Source: a virus (Duplodnaviria; Caudoviricetes). From it: a stretch of 64,000 bases of DNA. The stretch spans positions 96,001 to 160,000 of the IMG/VR virus record IMGVR_UViG_3300046820_001270. One strand, given 5' to 3'. Shown here in pieces: positions 49,644 through 57,780 of this stretch. A program made the position numbers and the translations under genes. Position 1 is the stretch's first letter. Each line of letters starts with the position of its first letter. Under the pieces are notes generated by a model. It was not told the origin of the DNA. It did not search any database and worked only from the letters and a program-made list of their open reading frames with translations.

Positions 49644-50390
49644 CTAAAACCTTAAATTAACTTTATTACTTCTCTTGTAATTGTAGATGTCCTCAATCAT
49701 TTCTACATATTGGTCTACCGTACCACAAGCAACTAAATTGTTTGGTCTTAACTTAACTTTGTGTAAGAACTCACTAAACACAAACTCTTTCTTATTTGAA
49801 ACAACTTTGATAAAAGCTCTTACGAAAATAGCTTTAGTGTAATACTTCTCAAAGTAAGGTTTCAACTCTAATATATAACCCGCCCACTCACGAGCTTTTT
49901 TCTCATTCTTAACAACATACTCACCACTTTCAAAAGTATCTCTCTTGATTGTTGATAATGTGTTGTTCAATAACATTGCAACTTCCGTGTATTTAAACAT
50001 TGGAAATTCATTTACGAATTGATTGAAAGTAACGTAGTGTGAATTACCTTTTGTTACAAACTTGTGTAAGTGGTCAAAGGGTGACCAATTTCTTTGTAAG
50101 GTATTCATACTTGTCATTTCATCACTACCTGCACCTTTTGTTACTTTATAACGAATTGGTGTGTTAGCAGACATTGCAGCTTTTACTCTGTGTTGTCCGT
50201 CAATAACTTCACCATTACCATTTAAAGTTACAACTGATGATGATAACCAACCATTTTGTTTCATACGATTAGCTAACTTCTTTACATGATTTTGATTAAC
50301 TAAACGATTGTCGCCACGAAACTTAAAGATTGAATAATCTTTTGTTTCAAAGATTTCACCTACTTTTTTTCCAACTTGAATCTTGTTCAT
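49644..50390 (-). CDS. ParB/Srx N-terminal-domain-like protein
   Basis: NRLVNQNHVKKL...GEVIDGQHRVKA. Confidence 0.7.
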   Translation of the reverse strand: MNKIQVGKKVGEIFETKDYSIFKFRGDNRLVNQNHVKKLANRMKQNGWLSSSVVTLNGNGEVIDGQHRVKAAMSANTPIRYKVTKGAGSDEMTSMNTLQRNWSPFDHLHKFVTKGNSHYVTFNQFVNEFPMFKYTEVAMLLNNTLSTIKRDTFESGEYVVKNEKKAREWAGYILELKPYFEKYYTKAIFVRAFIKVVSNKKEFVFSEFLHKVKLRPNNLVACGTVDQYVEMIEDIYNYKRSNKVNLRF

Positions 50391-50749
50391 TTTAATTATT
50401 TTTTAGATTAATGAATAGAGAACAAAGGTCTATATAATAATTGATATAAACAAATATCTTTTATAATATTTCTGTTAAAGTTTTGTTAAGGTGTAATACG
50501 AAGATTTCCCGTCTGCATCTGTGGTGATGTTGATTGGCAAGATCTCACCAGTTGGTTTCCAGCTCAGGACCAGTGACGATATTGATTGGCAATGCCAAAC
50601 AATAAATGCACGTGCGCTGTTGTCACGGGGGTTAAGTGTAATACGTTTGCCAAACAAGTTCTGAGATGGATCCGAACCAACACTTCTTGTAAATAAAAAA
50701 CCCCCGAATTACTTCGAGGGTCTTCACCTTTTCTCAACCTTATGTATTT

Positions 50750-51316
50750 CTACACAACTTCTTTTTCTTTTTCATATACCGATAATACATTCATACCTTC
50801 ACCTTCACAATCTTCTTCACTAAAGAAACTTCCACAACTTTCAACAATAGACTTGTGTTCATGTCCTTTATCACAAGTTTCAATTTCATAAATTGTGTAT
50901 TGGTAAACATCACCCGTAATGTAATGGTCGTAAGTCTTAACATCACTATCTATAATTTCTTCTAAATTAGTTTCGGTATGTCCACTACTATCACCCGTAA
51001 TGTATTGTAATTGTTTTTCAGTAATGAATACCCAACCAATTTGACCACTATCCCACTGACAACCGAACGGAGTAGTACTAATTGTAATACCCGAGTGGTC
51101 GTACATATACAAAGGTTTAATCATTAATACTTTGTTATCACTTTCGATTTGTTCCTTAAGTTCATCCCAACTACTAAAGTCACTTGACTTGTAGTCGGTC
51201 TTATCACCAAGGTCGTACCTTTTGTGAAAACATATTATTGTAGTAATGTTGTCCCACTCGGTGCGAGGGTTCATTGGGTCGTTGTCTTGTTCAATTTTTA
51301 ATTCGTAAGTTTTCAT
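50750..51316 (-). CDS. conserved hypothetical phage protein
   Basis: DNDPMNPRTEWDN...HKRYDLGD...PLYMYDHSGITIS...WDSGQIGW...Y..GDVY. Confidence 0.8.
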   Translation of the reverse strand: MKTYELKIEQDNDPMNPRTEWDNITTIICFHKRYDLGDKTDYKSSDFSSWDELKEQIESDNKVLMIKPLYMYDHSGITISTTPFGCQWDSGQIGWVFITEKQLQYITGDSSGHTETNLEEIIDSDVKTYDHYITGDVYQYTIYEIETCDKGHEHKSIVESCGSFFSEEDCEGEGMNVLSVYEKEKEVV

Positions 51317-51538
51317 ATCATTTAGTTTAGGGTATAAAGGTAAGTTATTTATATAACATACAGAAATTTATTTGTTAAAATTTTGTTAAAGAAATTTCAT
51401 ACCTGTCGTCCATATTCCATTATTGTTTGGCATTTGCCAAACAACTTCCCACCAGGAAGGAGATCTTACGGGGAAGATGAGGTAATAAAAAACCCCTCGT
51501 ATTTCTACGAGGGGAAACCACAAAATATAAAATCAGAA

Positions 51539-51829
51539 CTATAAACTTATTTCAACTTCTTTGGTATCGTCGTGGTCAAAGTCCCAACTCCAATCTTCTA
51601 CGAAAGGTCGTGTACTAATAAAGTAAGTATTATCTTCTTCTTCATTTAAGATAACCATACCATAAGTTTTTTTCTCACATTCAAATACATTAGTATCCAT
51701 TAATTTTTCTAATACACTAACACATTCTTCTTCAGAAGTATTAGTATCATTTACCATATCCCAATTTTGAACAAACTCAATTTGTCCTAAAGAAACTCCG
51801 AACTCAAAAAATTTAACATTGTTTTTCAT
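51539..51829 (-). CDS. hypothetical acidic protein
   Basis: Own promoter and terminator. Confidence 0.75.
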   Translation of the reverse strand: MKNNVKFFEFGVSLGQIEFVQNWDMVNDTNTSEEECVSVLEKLMDTNVFECEKKTYGMVILNEEEDNTYFISTRPFVEDWSWDFDHDDTKEVEISL

Positions 51830-52477
51830 ATCATTTATTTTAGAGTATAAAGGTAATTCTTTTATTTAATATACACAAATATATTTCATAATAATTTGTT
51901 AAAGAAATTTTCCTGAATCGGATCCGAATATATTGATTGGCAAATGCCAAACAAATTGTCCTGACACGGGAACATAAGGAACATCGGGAACTTGAGGAAC
52001 AGCGCTCAGGTAGATATTGTTTGGCAGTAATACGTGTTCACTAATTCTTCTTGTTCACGGAACGTGAACATCGGTAATACGTGAACATGCCAAACAACAT
52101 TCTCAGTGCATGAGGGTGAATGGTCTAAAGTATTTATCGTTCATTCGTAATACGTTTATCGGTCAAATAGGTGTCAAAATGATCGATAATTGACTTATGT
52201 TTGATCGATAAGTTTCATTTTGACTTGTATTACGATGCCAAACAAATTCTCTACAGTGCCCACAGAATCTATACGAAAGTGTAATATAATACACATTTAC
52301 TTGGAATAATAGGTGTTCTATGGTAAAGTGTAATACGAAAGTGTAATATATTACACATTTAACTGCCAAACAATATTTCCTGGAGACGATTCTACAACGG
52401 AATCTTCATAAAACAAAAACCCCCCGTAAGTAATACGAGGGGAACATGAAAAACACAATATGAACACAAACAAACTT

Positions 52478-52828
52478 TTAATAGTTATAATCTACGAAAT
52501 TATGAGGGTTATAATTTCTTCTCACGGGAGTTCTTTGTCTATGACTAACGGGAGTGTATGACAAAGGTCGGTCTTGGTTGAAGGACTTTTCCATTCGTTG
52601 TTCAATAGTAGGAACTTCGTAGTCCATTTCAGGTGGAATACCATTCTTCACTTGCCAAACCATTTTTTGGATTACATTCAAGGTCTCCTCAACGAAAACA
52701 ATACCATTCGTTGTGGTTATCTTTGTTTGGACTAATCCACTTTTCATATCAGTATCCATATAGATTGATACGATTTGGTCTACATTTACTAATGTGGGTG
52801 TACCACGATGTGTCAGTTTAATTAACAT
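52478..52828 (-). CDS. FlbD-like small protein
   Basis: MLIKLT....LVNVDQIVSI...TKITTTNG..FVEETL.VI pattern. Confidence 0.55.
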   Translation of the reverse strand: MLIKLTHRGTPTLVNVDQIVSIYMDTDMKSGLVQTKITTTNGIVFVEETLNVIQKMVWQVKNGIPPEMDYEVPTIEQRMEKSFNQDRPLSYTPVSHRQRTPVRRNYNPHNFVDYNY

Positions 52829-52994
52829 TTGATTTATTTTTAATGATTACTAATTCCATTCTTGTAGGTATGACAATTGCCAAATTACATTCATCACAAC
52901 ATTCGTCATCTTCATTTTGGGTTTCAATAGGACTTGGGTTATTACCATAACCCTCGACTTCATTACCACATAAACAACATTTAAATTTCTCCAT
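52818..52994 (-). CDS. small Cys-rich (Zn-binding-like) protein
   Basis: MEKFKCCLCGNEVEGYGNNP...ECCDECN; missed by ORF track. Confidence 0.6.
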   Translation of the reverse strand: MEKFKCCLCGNEVEGYGNNPSPIETQNEDDECCDECNLAIVIPTRMELVIIKNKSNVN

Positions 52995-53000
52995 TTTAAT

Positions 53001-53213
53001 TTAATTTAATACTTCAAAAATATCTTTACCAATAATAAGACCTAAGGTACGACCATTATCCCATTTAACATTGACAACATCAAAACCAACATTGTAAACA
53101 ACTCCTTCACGACCAACCAAAATTGGTTGTGGGTCATCTTCCATTGGTTCAATAAGTCTAACTCTTTTACCCATTAATATTTGTGGGTTTACAAGAACAT
53201 CATTTACTATCAT
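53001..53213 (-). CDS. DUF4314-like protein
   Basis: GKRVRLI.PMEDDPQPI..G..GVV...VKWDNGRTLGLI.G.D. Confidence 0.75.
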   Translation of the reverse strand: MIVNDVLVNPQILMGKRVRLIEPMEDDPQPILVGREGVVYNVGFDVVNVKWDNGRTLGLIIGKDIFEVLN

Positions 53214-53214
53214 A

Positions 53215-53364
53215 TTATTTAATTTTAGAGATTTTTAATTTGATACCATAAACAACTAAATTGATTAACGATAAAACGAATAGACAAACACAAATACTCC
53301 AAAAGATAAAGATAAACTTTTGAACTCCCTCTAATTGATTGTAGATTTCTTGATACATAAACAT
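53215..53364 (-). CDS. small membrane peptide
   Basis: MFMYQEIYNQLEGVQKFIFIFWSICVCLFVLSLINLVVYGIKLKISKIK; promoter upstream. Confidence 0.55.
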   Translation of the reverse strand: MFMYQEIYNQLEGVQKFIFIFWSICVCLFVLSLINLVVYGIKLKISKIK

Positions 53365-53829
53365 TTATTTATTTGATTAACTAATATTACACGAAGGTAA
53401 TACAAAGTTTTGATATCACAAATTTATTTAGAATATTTTTTATTTTTTTTCATACCTGTCGTCCACACTCGAATATTGATTGGCATGTATGACAAAACCC
53501 CCAACATCCTGATCGTCGTCCTAAACTTGTTTGGCATATACGATAATATCCGTAGATATCCGAAACCATATCCGAAATTGCCACACAACATTACAAAACA
53601 AGCAGACTCAAGGGGGTTTGTATGACAAAGTTTGCCAAACAACAATTTTCCCGTCGGAGAACCTCCTCTTCAAATTTATTTTGTTAAAGGATTTGCCAAA
53701 CCATATTAGAGATGACGATGACATCTCTTGGTGTATGACAATTGCCAAACAACAATTCCTGGAAGGAGACGAATATGGTCAAAAAAAACCCCCACCTTTC
53801 GGTGAGGGTCGGTTAGTGGGGGAACTAAC

Positions 53830-54387
53830 CTAATCAATAATTGTGTACTCTTGTTTGAGTATTTTAATTCTCTTGATATTGTCTAAACTTAATACCTTAT
53901 AATTTAAGGTATTCTCTAAACCATTTTGATACTTTGAATAGTCGGTCTTTGTATCAATCATATATTGTTGGAACAATAACTTTTCAATACTATTACCCTC
54001 AATCAAATATCTTGTGTCAAGATAACTACTATTGTGGTCTTGATATCTAAAGTAGAATTTAGTCGGGTCGGACTTTAAAAATACTAAAGATTTAGAAACC
54101 AACTGATAAGGACTTTCTTTTTTATCCTCATTCACAATAGGGGTAATTCCCTCTTTCTTATACTTTCGTTCTAATTGTTCATCATAATCAAAACCCGTTT
54201 GGATATTTGATAACTTTTGTTCAATCAAAACCTTATCGTAATAAGGGTTAGGATTTTGTTTACCACTTGTCTTGAAGTCAAGGTACTTGTTCATCTTAAC
54301 TTTTTTTAATGTTGTCAATCCCACATTAGGGACAAAGATATCTATACCTGATAGTATATCTTTTAGTTCAGTTTTAATAATGTTCAT
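53830..54387 (-). CDS. hypothetical phage protein
   Basis: ORF with own promoter (TAACTTTG) and terminator. Confidence 0.8.
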   Translation of the reverse strand: MNIIKTELKDILSGIDIFVPNVGLTTLKKVKMNKYLDFKTSGKQNPNPYYDKVLIEQKLSNIQTGFDYDEQLERKYKKEGITPIVNEDKKESPYQLVSKSLVFLKSDPTKFYFRYQDHNSSYLDTRYLIEGNSIEKLLFQQYMIDTKTDYSKYQNGLENTLNYKVLSLDNIKRIKILKQEYTIID

Positions 54388-54559
54388 ATCTTATTGTTTG
54401 TTCCCACAAAGTTAATGTATATACCAATACAAAGTTAGAATATACAAATAAAGTTATCCACATTCTATTGTTAATAACTTGGGGGTTCACCTTCGGGAAC
54501 TAATGTGGTTTGGCAAACTCTTGAGAACGAACCTTGATGGGATACTCCATTATTGTTTG

Positions 54560-54790
54560 GCAGGTCGGGTAAGGTATTGATAGTCAAAGGGTTAGGGGTA
54601 GGTAGGACTGATAGGGGTGGTGTACCCCCTCCCCCCTCCCGTATCCCCCCTTTATATAGTGTTTTAGGGGGGTCTATAACAGGGGGTCAATGCCACGACT
54701 GAAATTTTTCCAGAAAAAAAGTGAAAAAAGGGTCTTTACCCCTAAAAGTGATTTAAAAATTTTCCAGAATTTTTTGGAAGTAATGAGTAT
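54560..54790. other. G-tract/C-tract element at a divergent strand switch (candidate origin or genome terminus)
   Basis: GGGTTAGGGGTAGGTAGG...GGGGTGG, then CCCCCTCCCCCCTCCCGTATCCCCCC, then G6 and G5 runs; DnaA box at 54454. Confidence 0.55.
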
Positions 54791-54811
54791 TTATATAACA
54801 AAGAACATCAT

Positions 54812-55294
54812 ATGAGTAAAAAAGTAATACGTTTAACGGAATCAGAATTAAAAAGATACATTAATAAAGTTGTGTCTGAACAAGCATCACCAGCACCTAC
54901 AGGTGGTGGACCAAATTTCCAACAATCAACACCAAAAGTACCTGTTGTTGGGGGAACTGCGGCCGAAAAGTTGAAAGAGTTGGTTGGTAAGGCAGTATTA
55001 TGTAGAGCCTCAGATAATAGTGCAATTTACAAATGCGTGATCAGAAGTGTTAGTCAGGGTAAAAATAATGTTGTTTATTTAATGGTAAGTTGTGAAAATG
55101 ACCCTAAGGTTCAGTTTATTAGATATATAGCAGATGGTGATAAAGGATTAGTTGTGGGTGGTAGTACTATGAATTCTACACCTGTAACATGTAAAGGTTT
55201 ATCAGATTGGTTAAATACAAATATTAAACCATATATGGAAAGTTATGACTTCGCTAAAAGTGGAGGTTCTAACATGAACGCAGATTTTTCATAA
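54812..55294 (+). CDS. hypothetical protein with class-A leader
   Basis: MSKKVIRLTESELKRYINKVVSEQ; TATTTATA upstream. Confidence 0.8.
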   Translation: MSKKVIRLTESELKRYINKVVSEQASPAPTGGGPNFQQSTPKVPVVGGTAAEKLKELVGKAVLCRASDNSAIYKCVIRSVSQGKNNVVYLMVSCENDPKVQFIRYIADGDKGLVVGGSTMNSTPVTCKGLSDWLNTNIKPYMESYDFAKSGGSNMNADFS

Positions 55295-55319
55295 ATGATT
55301 TGATGAAAAGATATAAAAA

Positions 55320-55347
55320 AACCCTCCTATACGGAGGGTTTTTTTAT
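55320..55347 (+). terminator. intrinsic terminator ACCCTCC-N-GGAGGGT (also about 59541 and 63369)
   Basis: Hairpin plus T-tract; three similar copies. Confidence 0.8.
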
Positions 55348-55373
55348 TTATATGGAAACACTATTTATATACA

Positions 55374-56084
55374 ATGAAAATAATCATATCTGAATCACAG
55401 TTAAGAAATATTATTAATGAGAGTGAGATAGATCGTATCTTGGACAAAATCAATGAGAAGGGAATGAAATCCCTTACTCCACAAGAAAAACGTATTCTTC
55501 AAGGTAAAGAGAAAGAAAAGGAGGAAGATCCTACGGGTTTAAACAAGGATCAACAAAAATACCAAGTAATGTTTTATATTGATGTTCCCCGTTTCGAAAG
55601 TTTTGATAATGACGTAAAGGAGATTAAACATATCCTAACTATGGGAGGAATAGATTGTGATGTGGATTATCACATTAGTTTCCCTTTCAGTTATTATATA
55701 GTTTATTTTGAACATGAGTTCCAAGGTAATAAGATTCTTTCTTTATTGAGTGATGACAGTTATGTTCCCGTTGGTTCACCAACGGAGACTGGAAAAGAGG
55801 AGATCGAGTTAAAAAGAAAGGTAATCGATAGTCTTATTAAACAAAACGCAGATTTGGTATTGAGACCTAATCATGAATATAAACTATCTAAGTTTTTGGA
55901 AATTAAACGTATTGAAGATATTATCCAATCCGTTGGTATTCCTTATCATCGTCATGCAACTACGTCCGATGATGACGGCACATATATTGTTGCTTTGGGT
56001 GTAACTAAATTTATGGTCAATAAGTTAATAGTAAGTTTGGAGAATTATGGGTATGAGGTTTCAAGATACGATAACGCATATTAG
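55374..56084 (+). CDS. hypothetical protein with class-A leader
   Basis: MKIIISESQLRNIINE; IDRILDKINEKGMKSLTPQEK motif. Confidence 0.8.
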   Translation: MKIIISESQLRNIINESEIDRILDKINEKGMKSLTPQEKRILQGKEKEKEEDPTGLNKDQQKYQVMFYIDVPRFESFDNDVKEIKHILTMGGIDCDVDYHISFPFSYYIVYFEHEFQGNKILSLLSDDSYVPVGSPTETGKEEIELKRKVIDSLIKQNADLVLRPNHEYKLSKFLEIKRIEDIIQSVGIPYHRHATTSDDDGTYIVALGVTKFMVNKLIVSLENYGYEVSRYDNAY

Positions 56085-56178
56085 AAATATATTTCCAATT
56101 CCTTTAAATAACCCTATATATCGGGAGACAATATCCCTATATTAGAAATATAGTTCCAATTATGAGTATTTATATCAT

Positions 56179-56385
56179 ATGAAAATCATCCTTACAGAAT
56201 CTCAGTTAGAGAAAGTTATTAATAAAACCCATAAGGTTAGATACTTTGAGGGTGAGGAGTATGATATCCCCGAACAAATTGATTGGTTAATCATGCAGAA
56301 AGAGTTTATCTACTTGGGACAAGGATCAGGACATAAGTTAAAGTTAATTAACAACATTATACATAATCTACAGAAGCTACAATAA
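56179..56385 (+). CDS. hypothetical protein with class-A leader
   Basis: MKIILTESQL. Confidence 0.75.
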   Translation: MKIILTESQLEKVINKTHKVRYFEGEEYDIPEQIDWLIMQKEFIYLGQGSGHKLKLINNIIHNLQKLQ

Positions 56386-56386
56386 G

Positions 56387-56902
56387 ATGAGAGTTATCAT
56401 AACAGAACAACAATTAAAGAGTATCATTAAAGGTCAACAGAAAGGTGCAATACTAATTGGTGGTTTGGATGATAGAACGGACAAAGACGGAAAACTTATC
56501 GATAAAACAATTGACCAACAAATATCCCTATTAAAAACTGCAAGTGGGTTCAGTAATATCATAGGTCTTAGATATAGTACCTCAGATGGTGATATAATGA
56601 AAACCATATTAAATAACCCTAATTTTCCTGTTGTATTATTCAGTGCAGGTTGTCAGAAGGCTGACGTGGTTTTAAATACTAATGGTGTTAACCCTAATAA
56701 AGTATTCCTTATACAACCATGGGCTGCAAGTAAAAAAAGAATGGATTATTATAACGGATTATCCATGCCAAAGAACCAAATATATGTCGGTAAATTTTCA
56801 AGTACCGGTAATGGTATACGTGGTGCAACCCGTTGTCCCGAAGGAATGGATCATTGGGGTTCCCTTCCCGCAATCGGTGGAATGGTTTTAAAATTGAGAT
56901 AA
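56387..56902 (+). CDS. class-A leader protein, possible minimal alpha/beta-hydrolase
   Basis: MRVIITEQQL; VVLFSAG nucleophile-elbow-like; C-terminal DHW. Confidence 0.45.
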   Translation: MRVIITEQQLKSIIKGQQKGAILIGGLDDRTDKDGKLIDKTIDQQISLLKTASGFSNIIGLRYSTSDGDIMKTILNNPNFPVVLFSAGCQKADVVLNTNGVNPNKVFLIQPWAASKKRMDYYNGLSMPKNQIYVGKFSSTGNGIRGATRCPEGMDHWGSLPAIGGMVLKLR

Positions 56903-57015
56903 TACATAAAGATACCTCGGGTTTGAAGACCCGACTTAGGACCGGGACTAGTTACATAGTACCGTTGGGGCACGAATTCGCTACTCGTGTCCTTTTTTTA
57001 ATATATTTATATAAC

Positions 57016-57738
57016 ATGAAACTTATTATTACCGAACAACAATTAAAAAGTATCGTTAAAGAACAGGGAATGGGTTGGGATTATACCAGTAAAACCGAAT
57101 GGGAAAGATATTTGGAGATTAGCGATGACAAATATCATGAAACATATCTTCACGCAACAAATCAAGGTCCGGGTGACTTACCTAAGGGTAAAGCCGTAAT
57201 GATTCCATGTTATTTTTATGATAACGATAAAGGTAACTACCATGAAGATAAAAACTGTAAAAAGATATTAAATTATTCATCCTCAGATACTTTGGCGATT
57301 TATAAAAACGGTCGTGTAACTGTTAATGATAAAACAACCGGTAAAATGAAAAAGAAGGGTACATTGAATTTATTGGATAATGATCATATTAGAATTGATT
57401 GGGACGGTGGAGGTTCATTGGAGAAAAAGAGAGATTATAATAAATTATCGAAAATTGATTCCCCTAAGAATTCCGATACAATATGTGCAACCTCATTGGA
57501 TCAGTTGAAGAAAGGTAGTGGTAAAGTTTTACAGAAAGGTTGTAAATCAGAAACTGTTAAAGAGTTACAAAAAATGTTGGGTATGGAACAAAAATATCAT
57601 ACAGGATTTTTTGGTGATATCACAAAAGCTAAGGTTATTGAATATCAGAAAACACATAAAGACGTTAATGGTGTGAAATTGGTACAAGATGGTATTGTTG
57701 GTGAGAAAACATATAACTCATTAAAATCTAACAAATAA
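57016..57738 (+). CDS. class-A leader protein with C-terminal peptidoglycan-binding domain
   Basis: LQKGCKSETVKELQKML...FFGDITKAKVIEYQK...DGIVGEKTYNSL. Confidence 0.8.
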   Translation: MKLIITEQQLKSIVKEQGMGWDYTSKTEWERYLEISDDKYHETYLHATNQGPGDLPKGKAVMIPCYFYDNDKGNYHEDKNCKKILNYSSSDTLAIYKNGRVTVNDKTTGKMKKKGTLNLLDNDHIRIDWDGGGSLEKKRDYNKLSKIDSPKNSDTICATSLDQLKKGSGKVLQKGCKSETVKELQKMLGMEQKYHTGFFGDITKAKVIEYQKTHKDVNGVKLVQDGIVGEKTYNSLKSNK

Positions 57739-57780
57739 TACCACCATAGGAGATCTTGGTATATAATATATTTATACATA

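Larger units (their letters stand above)
41054..54562. repeat. dispersed array of TGCCAAWCAA (about 38 perfect copies, both orientations)
   Basis: Counted by eye: about 25 forward (e.g. 41062, 42176, 44309, 48207, 50593, 53743) and 13 reverse (e.g. 46275, 48310, 51423, 54553); none noticed outside this interval. Confidence 0.92.

Noticed and set aside
48310-51954. Eukaryotic NFI site (TTGGC-N5-GCCAA) resemblance
   Set aside because: Spacing here is shorter and variable, and the context is a bacteriophage; treated as coincidental
40855-52437. T7 promoter resemblance of TAATACG
   Set aside because: Similarity stops after TAATACG(A); the downstream CTCACTATAG is absent
41054-54562. CRISPR array interpretation of the repeats
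   Set aside because: Repeat is only 10 bp, occurs in both orientations with irregular spacing and inside ORFs; no cas genes in the window
54589-54598. Telomere-like GGGTTAGGGG
   Set aside because: A single unit, not a tandem telomeric array; covered under the G/C-tract finding
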